From: Candidatus Shapirobacteria bacterium
GTDB taxonomy: Bacteria > Patescibacteriota > Microgenomatia > UBA12405
Length of the DNA: 64,000 nucleotides
Assembly: GCA_022837635.1 (NCBI GenBank)
Contig: JALHFY010000001.1
Coordinates: 381,693 to 445,692 of the forward strand
Direction: 5' to 3'
In this document: positions 17,763 to 27,252 of the stretch, one piece after another
How positions within the stretch are numbered: the first letter of the stretch is position 1
Layout of the letters: each line of letters begins with the position of its first letter
Position numbers and translations under genes: made by a program
Notes under the pieces: generated by a model
Told to the model about the DNA's origin: nothing
Databases searched by the model: none
What the model saw: only the letters and a program-made list of their open reading frames with translations

Positions 17763-19328
17763 TTAAGCTTCATTTTTTTCCGCATTTTTATTGACTTTAC
17801 TACCAACCACAGTCGAAGAAGTCCGTAATTCTCGAACTACAGTCACTTTAATCTGGCCGGCCCATTTAGCTTCTTCTTCGAGTTTTTCGGCAATGTTTTG
17901 ACTTAAGACGGTGGCTTCATCATCATTGACGATAGTAGGTTCAACAATAACCATAACTTCACGTCCAGCCTGATAAGCAGCCACTGAAGTGACACCAGGA
18001 AAAGCTTTGGCAATTTCTTCAATATTTTGCATTCGCTTGAGATATTCTTCGTGAACCTCATAACGGGCGCCGGGACGAGCCCCGGAAGCAGCGTCACCCA
18101 AATAGACCAAAACAGATTCTACTGAAGAAAAAGGTTTGTCCTCATGATGTTCAGCAACAGCATTAATCACCGCTTCAGGCATTTTATAGCGACGAAGCAT
18201 ATCAACACCGAGTTCAATATGAGTCCCCTCTTGATCAGCATTAACTTTACCGAGGTCATGAAACAGAGTACCTAATTTAACAGTGTTAACATCAGCTTTT
18301 AATTCATGGGCCAAGGCGGTAGCAATTTTAACAGCTTCAATAGTGTGTTTAGCTAAATTTTGACCATAGGAATAACGAAATTTGTATTTACCAATTTCTT
18401 TGAGTAAATCTACCGGTAAATTGTAAACGCCAACTTCTTGACAAATTTTTTTGCCTTCATTTAAGAGAATCTTGTCCATTTCCATCTTAGTCTGAGCGAC
18501 AGTTTGTTCAATTTTAACAGGCTGAATACGGCCATCCTTGATTAGTTTTTCCAATGATTGACGGGCAATTTCCCTGCGGGTAGAGTCAAAAGAAGAAATC
18601 CGAATGTCATTACTTTCGTCAAGTTCAATTTCGACACCGGTGGCTTTTTCAAAAGCACGAATGTTGCGACCTTCACGGCCAATAATTTTACCTTTGATTT
18701 TTTCATCAGGTAGAGTAATAGTAGAAACAGTGTATTCAGCCACATAATCAGTGACACCATGAGTCAAAGCTTGAGAGAGAATTTCTTTGGATAGTTCTTC
18801 TTGACGAGTAATTAAATCATCACGACTTTCTTCAATTTTTTTAGAAATCCAAGCAGACATTTTCTTTTCGACACTATTCATCAACAATTGTTTGGCTTGG
18901 TTGACATCCAAACCAGAGATACTTTCTAATTTTTCCAATTGTTTTTTGTAAACATCTTCGATTTGTTCAGTTTTTTTCTTCAGTTCCTGATGTTGAGAGT
19001 CAAGAGATTGCTCCCGAGAGAAAAGATATTTTTCCTTGTCATCAATAGATCTTAAGCGTTGAAGAATTTCAGCTTCCTTGTTTTTAGCTTCAGTTTCAAT
19101 TCTTTTAGCATTATCAATGATTGATTTTGCTTGGGCTTGAGCCTGAGATGTATCGACAGTCTGAGTAGCTTTTTTGGGATTAAAGACTACCCGATTGTAA
19201 TCATCACCCTCTATTTTTTTAGGTTGAGGGGTTTTAACACTCTTGGGAGTCTTTTTAGGAGACTCAGGCACATCAAAAATAACCTTAAACTTCGATAAAA
19301 ATGAGTTAAACATAGTACCTCCAAACAC
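17763..19328 (-). CDS. rny: Ribonuclease Y
   Basis: N-terminal coiled coil, KH domain (KIIGREGRNIRAFEKATGVEI), and an HD domain (LFHDLGK, HHE). Confidence 0.85.
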   Translation of the reverse strand: MFGGTMFNSFLSKFKVIFDVPESPKKTPKSVKTPQPKKIEGDDYNRVVFNPKKATQTVDTSQAQAQAKSIIDNAKRIETEAKNKEAEILQRLRSIDDKEKYLFSREQSLDSQHQELKKKTEQIEDVYKKQLEKLESISGLDVNQAKQLLMNSVEKKMSAWISKKIEESRDDLITRQEELSKEILSQALTHGVTDYVAEYTVSTITLPDEKIKGKIIGREGRNIRAFEKATGVEIELDESNDIRISSFDSTRREIARQSLEKLIKDGRIQPVKIEQTVAQTKMEMDKILLNEGKKICQEVGVYNLPVDLLKEIGKYKFRYSYGQNLAKHTIEAVKIATALAHELKADVNTVKLGTLFHDLGKVNADQEGTHIELGVDMLRRYKMPEAVINAVAEHHEDKPFSSVESVLVYLGDAASGARPGARYEVHEEYLKRMQNIEEIAKAFPGVTSVAAYQAGREVMVIVEPTIVNDDEATVLSQNIAEKLEEEAKWAGQIKVTVVRELRTSSTVVGSKVNKNAEKNEA

Positions 19329-19460
19329 CTTTTACCAGTTGAGAGAAGAATTTACTCGGCGAAGCAATGGAAAGAAAAAAAAATTAAGCCGAAATTCATT
19401 GTAAAAAAATAAAGTAAAAAGTGTAAATTTATAATTATTTGTAATTTAAGTCTTGATAGT

Positions 19461-20093
19461 TTAGCTTTTTTTCAACAATTCGTCAATTGCTATTTTAATG
19501 TCATTATAGGCAAAACCTTTTCGATACAAAGAGGCAAATACTTTATTTTTAACCTTTGGGTCCGACCAATTTAGATTTTGATATTTTTTTTGGGTTAAAA
19601 GAGTCCTAAGTAGTTGAATTTCGTCTGTTTGAAAGTCGGGTGGTAATTTAAGAGAGTAAAGGGCTAATTTTTGACGAAGAAAATTTTGAGGCTTATGGTG
19701 ATATTTTCTAATCAAATAGTCAATAAAATCATCTTCTTTTAGTAAATTGAATGTTTTGAGCTTGTCTAAAATTTGATCCAATAAAAATGAAAAATCGCCT
19801 GTAAGAGAGTATTTTTTTTGATAAAAATAGAGTTTTTGCCTTAGTTTAGGTAACAAAATTTTGTCAATCTTAGGAGAGAGAGCGATCTGGCGCAAGGAGT
19901 AGTTGTAAAGCAGAAAAAAAAGTGAAGCGGCTTTGAGATCTTCGAAGAGTGTCTCAGAAACCGATTGATTTTTTTTCAGACTAAAACGGAGATAATCATC
20001 ACTGGAAATAGGCAACTTAAGACGATTACTAAAAATCAACCAAAACTGGTTTTTAGAGCGCCGACTCGGGAGAATTTTTTGAAGAGTTAGCAT
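19461..20093 (-). CDS. recX: Regulatory protein RecX (putative)
   Basis: 210-aa helical protein immediately downstream of and overlapping recA, the classic recA-recX arrangement. Sequence similarity is weak. Confidence 0.5.
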   Translation of the reverse strand: MLTLQKILPSRRSKNQFWLIFSNRLKLPISSDDYLRFSLKKNQSVSETLFEDLKAASLFFLLYNYSLRQIALSPKIDKILLPKLRQKLYFYQKKYSLTGDFSFLLDQILDKLKTFNLLKEDDFIDYLIRKYHHKPQNFLRQKLALYSLKLPPDFQTDEIQLLRTLLTQKKYQNLNWSDPKVKNKVFASLYRKGFAYNDIKIAIDELLKKS

Positions 20094-21126
20094 CAGCAGC
20101 GTCGCTTTTAACTTTTTGCCAGATTTTTTGTTCTAAATCTTTGGCAATTTTAGGATTTTCTTTGAGATATTTCTTGGCGGCTTCGCGGCCCTGAAGATTT
20201 TGATCGCCAATTTTGAAAAAAGCACCTGATTTGACGACAAAACCATGAGTAACTCCTAAATCTACCAAAGATCCAGTATTAGAAATACCCTCAGTATTCA
20301 TGATATCAAACTCAGCTTCTTTGAAAGGTGGAGCGACTTTGTTTTTGACAATGCGGGCACGGTGTTGAGAGCCAATCGATTCGCCGGAGGAGGTTTTAAT
20401 ATTGGCAATTTTTCTGACATCAATCCGCACTGAGGAATAGAATTTAAGGGCTAAACCTCCGGGGGTGGTTTCAGGATTACCAAACATAATGCCTATTTTT
20501 TGGCGTAATTGATTGGTAAAGATAACTACTGACTTTGATTTATTGATAGCACCGGTTAATTTTCTTAGGGCTTGTGACATTAAGCGGGCCTGAACACCTA
20601 CCATCGAATCCCCCATTTCACCTTCAATTTCGGCTTTGGGAACCAAAGCAGCCACTGAATCAACAACAATCACATCGATAGCATTGGAACGGACTAAAGT
20701 TTCGACAATTTCTAAAGCCTGTTCACCGTTGTCAGGTTGGGAAATTAACAAGTTGTCCAGATTGACACCAATAGTGGCGGCCCGAGTGGGTTCCAAGGCA
20801 TGTTCAGCATCGATAAAAGCGGCAGTACCACCCATTTTTTGGACTTCAGCAATGGTGTGAAGACAAATGGTGGTTTTACCTGAAGCTTCAGGGCCAAAAA
20901 TTTCAGTAATTCGACCGCGAGGTAAACCGCCGATACCCAAGGCAATATCAAGAGGTAGAGAACCAGTGGGAACAACTTCAATGTCCATGTCAGCACGTTC
21001 GCCCATTTTCATAATGGCACCGTCACCATAGGCTTTGGTGATTTGTTCCATGGCTAGGCGAATGGCTTCATTTTTTTTGTTTTGCAAATTATCAGTTTTG
21101 GGGAGAGTAGTCTTTTTTGTTTTCAT
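20053..21126 (-). CDS. recA: Recombinase RecA
   Basis: 357 aa; Walker [24 protein letters not shown], and the L2 loop region. Confidence 0.95.
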   Translation of the reverse strand: MKTKKTTLPKTDNLQNKKNEAIRLAMEQITKAYGDGAIMKMGERADMDIEVVPTGSLPLDIALGIGGLPRGRITEIFGPEASGKTTICLHTIAEVQKMGGTAAFIDAEHALEPTRAATIGVNLDNLLISQPDNGEQALEIVETLVRSNAIDVIVVDSVAALVPKAEIEGEMGDSMVGVQARLMSQALRKLTGAINKSKSVVIFTNQLRQKIGIMFGNPETTPGGLALKFYSSVRIDVRKIANIKTSSGESIGSQHRARIVKNKVAPPFKEAEFDIMNTEGISNTGSLVDLGVTHGFVVKSGAFFKIGDQNLQGREAAKKYLKENPKIAKDLEQKIWQKVKSDAADANSSKNSPESAL

Positions 21127-21202
21127 AGAATTAGTAATAGCAGCCCAGACTATATCAAGTCAAGGAGTAAAACCGAAGAAAAGGCGAAGAAAATTTTGTT
21201 GG

Positions 21203-21231
21203 TTGACGAATAGTGAAAATGATTTTATAGT
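21203..21231 (+). promoter_or_regulatory. Putative sigma70-type promoter for the MBL gene
   Basis: TTGACG-N17-TATAGT in the recA/MBL divergent intergenic region. Confidence 0.3.
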
Positions 21232-21268
21232 TGGGAGGTGGTTGTAAAAATGTTATGACAAATACTTT

Positions 21269-22729
21269 ATGAGTAGATCGGCTGAATTTAGTGAAGAATT
21301 CAGCATTCAATCGTTAGGAGCGGCAGGGGGTTTGGTTACAGGGTCACTTCATAGACTGCGACATGGAGAAAGTACGATTATTGTGGATGCAGGTTTGTTT
21401 CAAGGTAAAAATGATGTGTTATTACCGAATGGAAAAAGTCGAAATGCTACAGATATAAATGCTTTAAGGGAAGTAAATACAATCTTGTTAACTCATGCCC
21501 ATGCGGACCATGTAGGCCGACTGCCTTTGTTTCATAAGCGAGGATTAAAACCGAAAACAATAACCACCACCATGACTAAAGAGTTAATGCAAGTTATATT
21601 GGATGATGCGGCAAAAATTCAAAAGAATGGGGACAAACTATATAATCGTGAAGATGTGGAGAGAATAATGAATTATGTTAAGGAAATTAATTTTGGAAAA
21701 GATGTAAAAATCGGTAATAAACATGATAACTTAAGGACTAATTTTATTTATAATGGTCATATTCCGGGTTCGGCGTCGATACTAATTCGAAAAGAAGGAG
21801 TAGTCGGAGGAATTTTATTTTCTGGAGATATTGGACAGGAAATAAATGCCATTTGTGGAGGTTGGGGTGAAGTGGTTGAGGCTAGACCAAGTGAAATGCC
21901 TATTAAAGCTTTATGGGTGGAATCAACCAGTTTTGATAGACATTCAGTTTCTTTTGATGAAAAATACGGCTTATTTATGGAGAATATTAATGAAATTTTA
22001 GGTCGTGGCGGATCGGTGATTTTGCCGATTTTATCCTTACAAAGAAATCAAGAAATAACGGAGATGATAGCTCGTGCTCAAAATCAGGGCGATATTCCCA
22101 AAGGTTGCAAAATTTATAAAGATGCGCCCTTGGCTCAAAAATTTGAAGAAATATATATTGATAAAGCGGAATTATTTATGACTAAGCGATTTGGTAACAA
22201 TGAAGATTTTTACCAGACATTAGAGCAAGCTCAATCCCGATTTAATTTAAGAAATTGCTTGCTAGTAGCTGATAACAAAGAATCTGTTAAATTAGCGGAT
22301 ATTTTGGGTAAATCCAATAAAAAATCTATTGTATTGACAGGAGGAGGGATGTGTGGTTTTGGTCGTGTCAGAAATTATATTGATGGAGCTTTTGGAAAAA
22401 ACAGAAAAAATGGGATAATTTTGACTTGTTACCAAGTGGAAGGAACTGAAGGAGAAAAGATAGTTAATCAAGGAAGATTGATTAATGCCCAGAATCAAAA
22501 AAAAGGGGCAACAGTAACTCAATTGGATGTTTTTTCAGGACATATCAGCGGAGAAAGTGACACTTTTAAGTTTTTAGAAAGATTCAATCTAAGTGAACTA
22601 GAGTTAATAGGGATTGTTCATGGTAGCAATGACAACAGAAGAAGAATGGCTGAAGCCATTAAAAGTCGAGGTTATCCCGCCAAAGTGGTACTACCAGAAA
22701 TTAATGAAGTAATTAAATTTAGCCTATAA
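21269..22729 (+). CDS. Metallo-beta-lactamase-fold hydrolase, beta-CASP RNA-metabolising nuclease-like
   Basis: 486 aa; the HAHADHVG (HxHxDH) motif with downstream His/Asp ligands. Size and layout resemble RNase J / CPSF-like enzymes. Confidence 0.65.
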   Translation: MSRSAEFSEEFSIQSLGAAGGLVTGSLHRLRHGESTIIVDAGLFQGKNDVLLPNGKSRNATDINALREVNTILLTHAHADHVGRLPLFHKRGLKPKTITTTMTKELMQVILDDAAKIQKNGDKLYNREDVERIMNYVKEINFGKDVKIGNKHDNLRTNFIYNGHIPGSASILIRKEGVVGGILFSGDIGQEINAICGGWGEVVEARPSEMPIKALWVESTSFDRHSVSFDEKYGLFMENINEILGRGGSVILPILSLQRNQEITEMIARAQNQGDIPKGCKIYKDAPLAQKFEEIYIDKAELFMTKRFGNNEDFYQTLEQAQSRFNLRNCLLVADNKESVKLADILGKSNKKSIVLTGGGMCGFGRVRNYIDGAFGKNRKNGIILTCYQVEGTEGEKIVNQGRLINAQNQKKGATVTQLDVFSGHISGESDTFKFLERFNLSELELIGIVHGSNDNRRRMAEAIKSRGYPAKVVLPEINEVIKFSL

Positions 22730-23276
22730 AATGAGGTGAGTTTTGATACAAATTCCAGGCAGCCAGAGTGATACCACATTCAATTTTACCGCTTTGCATA
22801 TATTCTTGAACTTGTTTTAAGGATAATTTAATTACTTTTTCAATCGATTCATCCCCTTCTTGATGATCTTGACTGATTTCGTCTTCATTGACTAAATCAG
22901 TGACTAAAAAGGCATGAGCACAGACATTTTCGTGTCCAGGCCCAATAAAAAAACTACCCAAAGGAAACCAAGTTTGACCTTGTAAACCAGTTTCCTCATA
23001 TAATTCTCTTTTTGCATTATCCAAATAATTTTGACTGTTAACGACTCCGGCGGGGATTTCATAGATATATTTTTGAAGTGGGTAACGATATTGTCGGAGG
23101 AAGTAAAAAGAATTATCCTGACTTCTGGCTAAAACAAAGACTCCATCCGGTTTGTCCAAATATCCATAAATCCCCTCTTGGCCATCAGGGCGAATCACTT
23201 TATCCTCATGGATTTTAATCCAAGGATTTTGATAGACAATTTTTGAGGCAAGTGTTTTCCAAGGAGATTTGGACAT
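22719..23276 (-). CDS. NUDIX hydrolase
   Basis: 185 aa; Nudix box AKRELYEETGLQG. Confidence 0.75.
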   Translation of the reverse strand: MSKSPWKTLASKIVYQNPWIKIHEDKVIRPDGQEGIYGYLDKPDGVFVLARSQDNSFYFLRQYRYPLQKYIYEIPAGVVNSQNYLDNAKRELYEETGLQGQTWFPLGSFFIGPGHENVCAHAFLVTDLVNEDEISQDHQEGDESIEKVIKLSLKQVQEYMQSGKIECGITLAAWNLYQNSPHFIG

Positions 23277-23318
23277 AGTAGATTAAGGTCGCCTACGTTG
23301 AAACTCCGGCTAACCAAG

Positions 23319-23392
23319 TCGGGAATACAGGATTCGAACCTGCAACCTCACGCACCCCATGCGTGCGCGCTAGCCAATTGCGCCAATCCCCG
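23319..23392 (-). tRNA. tRNA-Pro (anticodon GGG), no encoded 3' CCA
   Basis: Hand-folded from the minus strand: a 7-bp acceptor stem (cggggat/attcccg, one G-U), D arm gcgc-aattggcta-gcgc, anticodon stem cacgc/gcgtg with loop a-t-GGG-g-t (U33, G37), and T arm gcagg-ttcgaat-cctgt. 74 nt. Confidence 0.8.
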
Positions 23393-23420
23393 TAGTGAGG
23401 ATAGTATAAAGGAAAACTGT

Positions 23421-24260
23421 TTACTTAAAAAGTAGAAAGAACAAAATCGACCTGAGATATAGGGCAAAAGCTTTACCGGCCGGTAAATTGTAAAATGGAG
23501 CCGACCAGTGGTCATAGGCCCTTTGTAATTGATGGGCACTAGTTTTAGGATTGGTATGACGAAAATCAGAGAGCGAGTAAACAGGTGAAAATTCAATCTT
23601 AAAATCAGGCATCAGTTTGTCAACAAAAGGTAAAAGTCGCAAAAAATCAAAAGTGGAAGTACCGGAAGTATGGGCAAAAACTATTTTAGCTCGTCGATAT
23701 TTTTTAACCTGATTAACTAAATAACCGACTCCGGGCAAAAAGTCTCGACCATTGTCAGTACCTCCAGCCGGAAAAATAATCACCAGAGAGTTTTGATCAA
23801 TTTTTTTGGCGGCTAATTTGATACTGTCAATATTTTTTTGATGAGCTTCGTTTTTGGAAAAAACCGGGGAATAATGAAAAAAATTGAGAAGTTTGGTTTT
23901 CCAATCAAATTTACTTTGGGTCTCCAGACGATGGTTAATGTAAACCGGAATTAAGTGTTGATCGAGAGCGGGAATAATGCCCAATAAATTATGAATAGAA
24001 ATCATAAAAATATTTCGACGAGATGGGAGGGCTCCTAAGGTTAAAAAAACTTCAGCCTGAGAAGGGTGGTTACAAATTAAAACTAGAGGATCATTTTTAA
24101 GAGAATTCAGTGTTTCTGGGGAGGAATTGATGATAAAGCCGCGACTGTATTCGTCAGCAATACTCTTAAAAGCTTGAGAGAGACCATTTTTTTGGAGATT
24201 ATCGTTGACTTTTTTAAGAAAGTAATGAGTAATGGGATGGTGATATAGAGACCGAGGCAT
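23421..24260 (-). CDS. Putative lysophospholipid acyltransferase (PlsC family)
   Basis: 279 aa; block I-like CNHPSQAE (NHxSxxD/E) and block III-like IFPAGGT (FPEGT). Confidence 0.45.
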   Translation of the reverse strand: MPRSLYHHPITHYFLKKVNDNLQKNGLSQAFKSIADEYSRGFIINSSPETLNSLKNDPLVLICNHPSQAEVFLTLGALPSRRNIFMISIHNLLGIIPALDQHLIPVYINHRLETQSKFDWKTKLLNFFHYSPVFSKNEAHQKNIDSIKLAAKKIDQNSLVIIFPAGGTDNGRDFLPGVGYLVNQVKKYRRAKIVFAHTSGTSTFDFLRLLPFVDKLMPDFKIEFSPVYSLSDFRHTNPKTSAHQLQRAYDHWSAPFYNLPAGKAFALYLRSILFFLLFK

Positions 24261-24328
24261 GAATTATGATTATAAAGAAAAAGCTTGAAAATTGGAAAAT
24301 CAAATAAGAGGTGGTATGCTTGAATTCC

Positions 24329-24934
24329 ATGAAAAAGGAAGTTTTTTTTGATGTAGAAACTAAAAAAATCTTTGATGATATTGAAAGCTCTAATCCGGCA
24401 GATTTGGGAGTGTCAATAGTCTCGGTATACACCAGAAAACTAGATGAAAATTATCAGGAAATAGAAGGTAAAATTCAAAGTTTTTGGGAAGAAGATTTTG
24501 CTAAGATGTGGCCTTTGTTTGCAGAGACAGATAGAATCATCGGTTTTAATTCAATTCATTTTGACGTCCCAGCATTGGGACCGCAGGCACCTTATGATTT
24601 TAAGAAATTAAAGCATTTTGATATTTTGGAAAAAGTTAAAAACAGTCTCGGTTTCAGATTAAGCTTAAATGCGATTGCTAGAGAAACATTGAATCAGGAA
24701 AAAATTGATAATGGTTTGAACGCGGTCTATTACTGGCAAGAACAGACCCCGGAATCATTGGAAAAACTCAGAAAATATTGTGAAATGGATGTCATGGTCA
24801 CTAAAAAAGTCTACGACTTCGCCTTAAAAAACAAACAATTGAAATACAAAGACAAATGGAATACGCCTAGAATCATCGAAGTTGATTTTTCCTATCCCAA
24901 GGAAGAAGCAGTTCCACAAATGGGTTTGTTTTAG
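24329..24934 (+). CDS. DEDDy-type 3'-5' exonuclease (DnaQ-like fold), standalone
   Basis: Exo I VFFDVET, Exo II IIGFNSIHFDVPAL, and Exo III YCEMD (Y-x3-D). Start taken at MKKEVFF. Confidence 0.55.
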   Translation: MKKEVFFDVETKKIFDDIESSNPADLGVSIVSVYTRKLDENYQEIEGKIQSFWEEDFAKMWPLFAETDRIIGFNSIHFDVPALGPQAPYDFKKLKHFDILEKVKNSLGFRLSLNAIARETLNQEKIDNGLNAVYYWQEQTPESLEKLRKYCEMDVMVTKKVYDFALKNKQLKYKDKWNTPRIIEVDFSYPKEEAVPQMGLF

Positions 24935-25797
24935 AGAATTTTGGCATCAGGTTGAGCAGAATTTTTACTCAAAATATAGACATCGGCACCGAATTCATCT
25001 TGACCAACAAACTCCCCTTCTCCTTTTAAGATTCGTTCATAAGGGCGGCAATAGCGACAACCAGCTTCACCTTGGGGACAATCAAATTTATTAAGGCTTT
25101 TTTGCAGTTTGATTCTTTTGCCGATTTTAAGAATATCAGCTTCAGATTTGCTTAAATCAGGTAGTTTTTTAGGAGTTAGTTCGTCACTGTTTTCCAAATA
25201 CCAATAATAGGCTTTGGCAACTTCCCGATTTTGACAGTTTTTAACCAACAAATGATAAATAGGCAACTGAAGCGAATCTTTACCCTCTTCATGACGACTG
25301 GTTTTGAAATCAATAATATCGACAGTGTTAGTTTCAGGAGAATAGCGAAGCCAGTCGATTTTACCGCACAAAATAATATTGTCTTGAGGAGAAATCCAAT
25401 AGTAAGGTAAATCCATATTAATTTTGATGGCTAATTCCCCGAGTGGTCCAGGATTGTTTTGAACTCGACGAATCATGGCCTCACCTCTTTGTTTATAGGC
25501 GTATTCAGTATCTTTATCTAAAAAACCACCTTTTTTACCGGAAACTTTTTTCCAAGCTGTCTCAAATCTGTCCAAGAGAGGTTGGCGAAAACGAAGATCG
25601 GTTTTAATTTCCGAGAGAGATTCAATTACCTCATGAACCGCCTTGCCCAAACTTAAAGCCGGGGAAGTAATTTTAATTTTGTGATGAGTTTGGGGATCCT
25701 TGTAAATGTTTTTAAGATAGTAACTCCGGGGACACTCTAAAAAGGCAGAAATAGAAGAATGGGATAACCAAAGAGCAGTATATTTATCAGTTGACAT
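24931..25797 (-). CDS. Cas4-like PD-(D/E)xK nuclease with Fe-S cysteine cluster (DUF83/RecB-nuclease family)
   Basis: An N-terminal Cys (FLECPRSYY), GKIDWL ... VDIIDFKTS (D, D/E-x-K), the RecB-family QLPIYHLL motif, and a C-terminal CPQGEAGCRYC (C-x5-C-x2-C). Confidence 0.55.
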   Translation of the reverse strand: MSTDKYTALWLSHSSISAFLECPRSYYLKNIYKDPQTHHKIKITSPALSLGKAVHEVIESLSEIKTDLRFRQPLLDRFETAWKKVSGKKGGFLDKDTEYAYKQRGEAMIRRVQNNPGPLGELAIKINMDLPYYWISPQDNIILCGKIDWLRYSPETNTVDIIDFKTSRHEEGKDSLQLPIYHLLVKNCQNREVAKAYYWYLENSDELTPKKLPDLSKSEADILKIGKRIKLQKSLNKFDCPQGEAGCRYCRPYERILKGEGEFVGQDEFGADVYILSKNSAQPDAKIL

Positions 25798-25817
25798 AAA
25801 CTATTATATAGTGAGAA

Positions 25818-26465
25818 ATGAAAAGACTAAATAAGTTTTTAGCAGAATCGGGGATAGCTTCCAGGCGAGGGGCAGATAAATTAATTTTGGAAAATAAAGT
25901 GTTGATAAACGGAAAAGTGGCTAAATTGGGTGACAAAGTGAGTGACAGAGATAGGGTGGTAGTGAATAGTCAAGAAATTAACAGAGTGGAAGAAAAGGAA
26001 TATTTTGCGGTTTACAAGCCGGTGGGTTATGTATCAACAGCCAATGATGAATGGGGACGAGCCAAGGTAACTGATTTAGTCAAAAGCAAAAATCGACTTT
26101 ACCCGGTAGGAAGATTGGATAAAAATTCTGAAGGATTAATGATTTTGACCAATGACGGAGAATTGACTCTACGATTGACTCATCCCCGATATCATTTGGA
26201 AAAAGAATATGAAGTCGAGACGGATAGAAAAATTGATGTCAAAAAAATTAATACCGGTCAGAACAAAATTATTTGGAGAGATGGGAATAAAATGAAAATA
26301 ATTATGTACGAAGGCAAAAAAAGGCAAATTAGAAACATGTGCTGGGAAGCAGGTTTGAGAGTTAAAAAACTTAAAAGAGTCCGAATGGGAAGATTGATGT
26401 TGGGAGAAATGAAGGTTGGAGAAGTCAGGCGACTTGGTCAAAAGGAAATAAAAGAGTTAAGATAG
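25818..26465 (+). CDS. RsuA/RluB-family pseudouridine synthase with S4 domain
   Basis: An S4 domain (MKRLNKFLAESGIASRRGADKLI) and a catalytic Asp motif PVGRLDKNSEGLMILTNDG. Confidence 0.8.
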   Translation: MKRLNKFLAESGIASRRGADKLILENKVLINGKVAKLGDKVSDRDRVVVNSQEINRVEEKEYFAVYKPVGYVSTANDEWGRAKVTDLVKSKNRLYPVGRLDKNSEGLMILTNDGELTLRLTHPRYHLEKEYEVETDRKIDVKKINTGQNKIIWRDGNKMKIIMYEGKKRQIRNMCWEAGLRVKKLKRVRMGRLMLGEMKVGEVRRLGQKEIKELR

Positions 26466-26470
26466 TCAAC

Positions 26471-27250
26471 ATGAAAAAGAAAGGAGTATCTTTGGTATTA
26501 GGCTGTGGTGGTTCTAAAGGACCGGCACATTTGGGGGTGATTAAAGCCCTAGTTGAGGCTAATTTTGAAATAAAAGAGATTGTAGGAACTTCGGTGGGAG
26601 CTTTAATAGGAGGTTTGTATGCAGCTAATCCTAATGTAAAAGAAATAGAAAAAATATTAAATAGTTTGGATTATCGTAAATTATTCAGATTATTAGTTGG
26701 TAAACCAATTAAAAGTGGGTTGATTAACGGAGAAAAATATCGAAAATTTGTTGAAGATTGTTGTGCGGTTAAAAATATTGAAGATACAAAAATTCCTTTT
26801 AGAGCGATAAGTTGTGATTTGGTAAGAGGAAAAAAATATGTTTTTAGGACAGGTCCAATTGCCACAGCGATTTGTGCTTCAAGTGCGATTCCAGCGATTT
26901 TTGCTCCAGTTAAGTATAAAGGCAAAATTTTAATTGATGGCGGAGCTTTGGCACCAGTAGCAATAGAGGAAACTAGACCTAAACCTGGCGATAAAGTAGT
27001 GGCGGTGGCTTTATTTAAGCATTTATTTCCAAAAAGTTATCGACAATTAAGTCGAGCTAATTTAGGCAAAATTGCTTTTGTGTCAGCACAATTAGCAATC
27101 AGTAATTTATCAAAACAAGCGATTAAAAAGGCGGATGTAGCTATATTGCCAGAGGTGGAGGATATAAACGTACTAAATTTTGTTAAAAGTAAGAATTATG
27201 TAGAAATTGGTTACCAGGCGATGAAGGCAAAAATCAAAGAATTGGATTAA
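26471..27250 (+). CDS. Patatin-like phospholipase
   Basis: An oxyanion GCGGSKG motif, the GTSVG (GxSxG) nucleophile, and a DGG catalytic Asp block. Confidence 0.8.
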   Translation: MKKKGVSLVLGCGGSKGPAHLGVIKALVEANFEIKEIVGTSVGALIGGLYAANPNVKEIEKILNSLDYRKLFRLLVGKPIKSGLINGEKYRKFVEDCCAVKNIEDTKIPFRAISCDLVRGKKYVFRTGPIATAICASSAIPAIFAPVKYKGKILIDGGALAPVAIEETRPKPGDKVVAVALFKHLFPKSYRQLSRANLGKIAFVSAQLAISNLSKQAIKKADVAILPEVEDINVLNFVKSKNYVEIGYQAMKAKIKELD

Positions 27251-27252
27251 AG

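Noticed and set aside
23348-23596. 82-aa minus-strand ORF
   Set aside because: It overlaps the tRNA-Pro gene and the 3' end of the acyltransferase. It is spurious.
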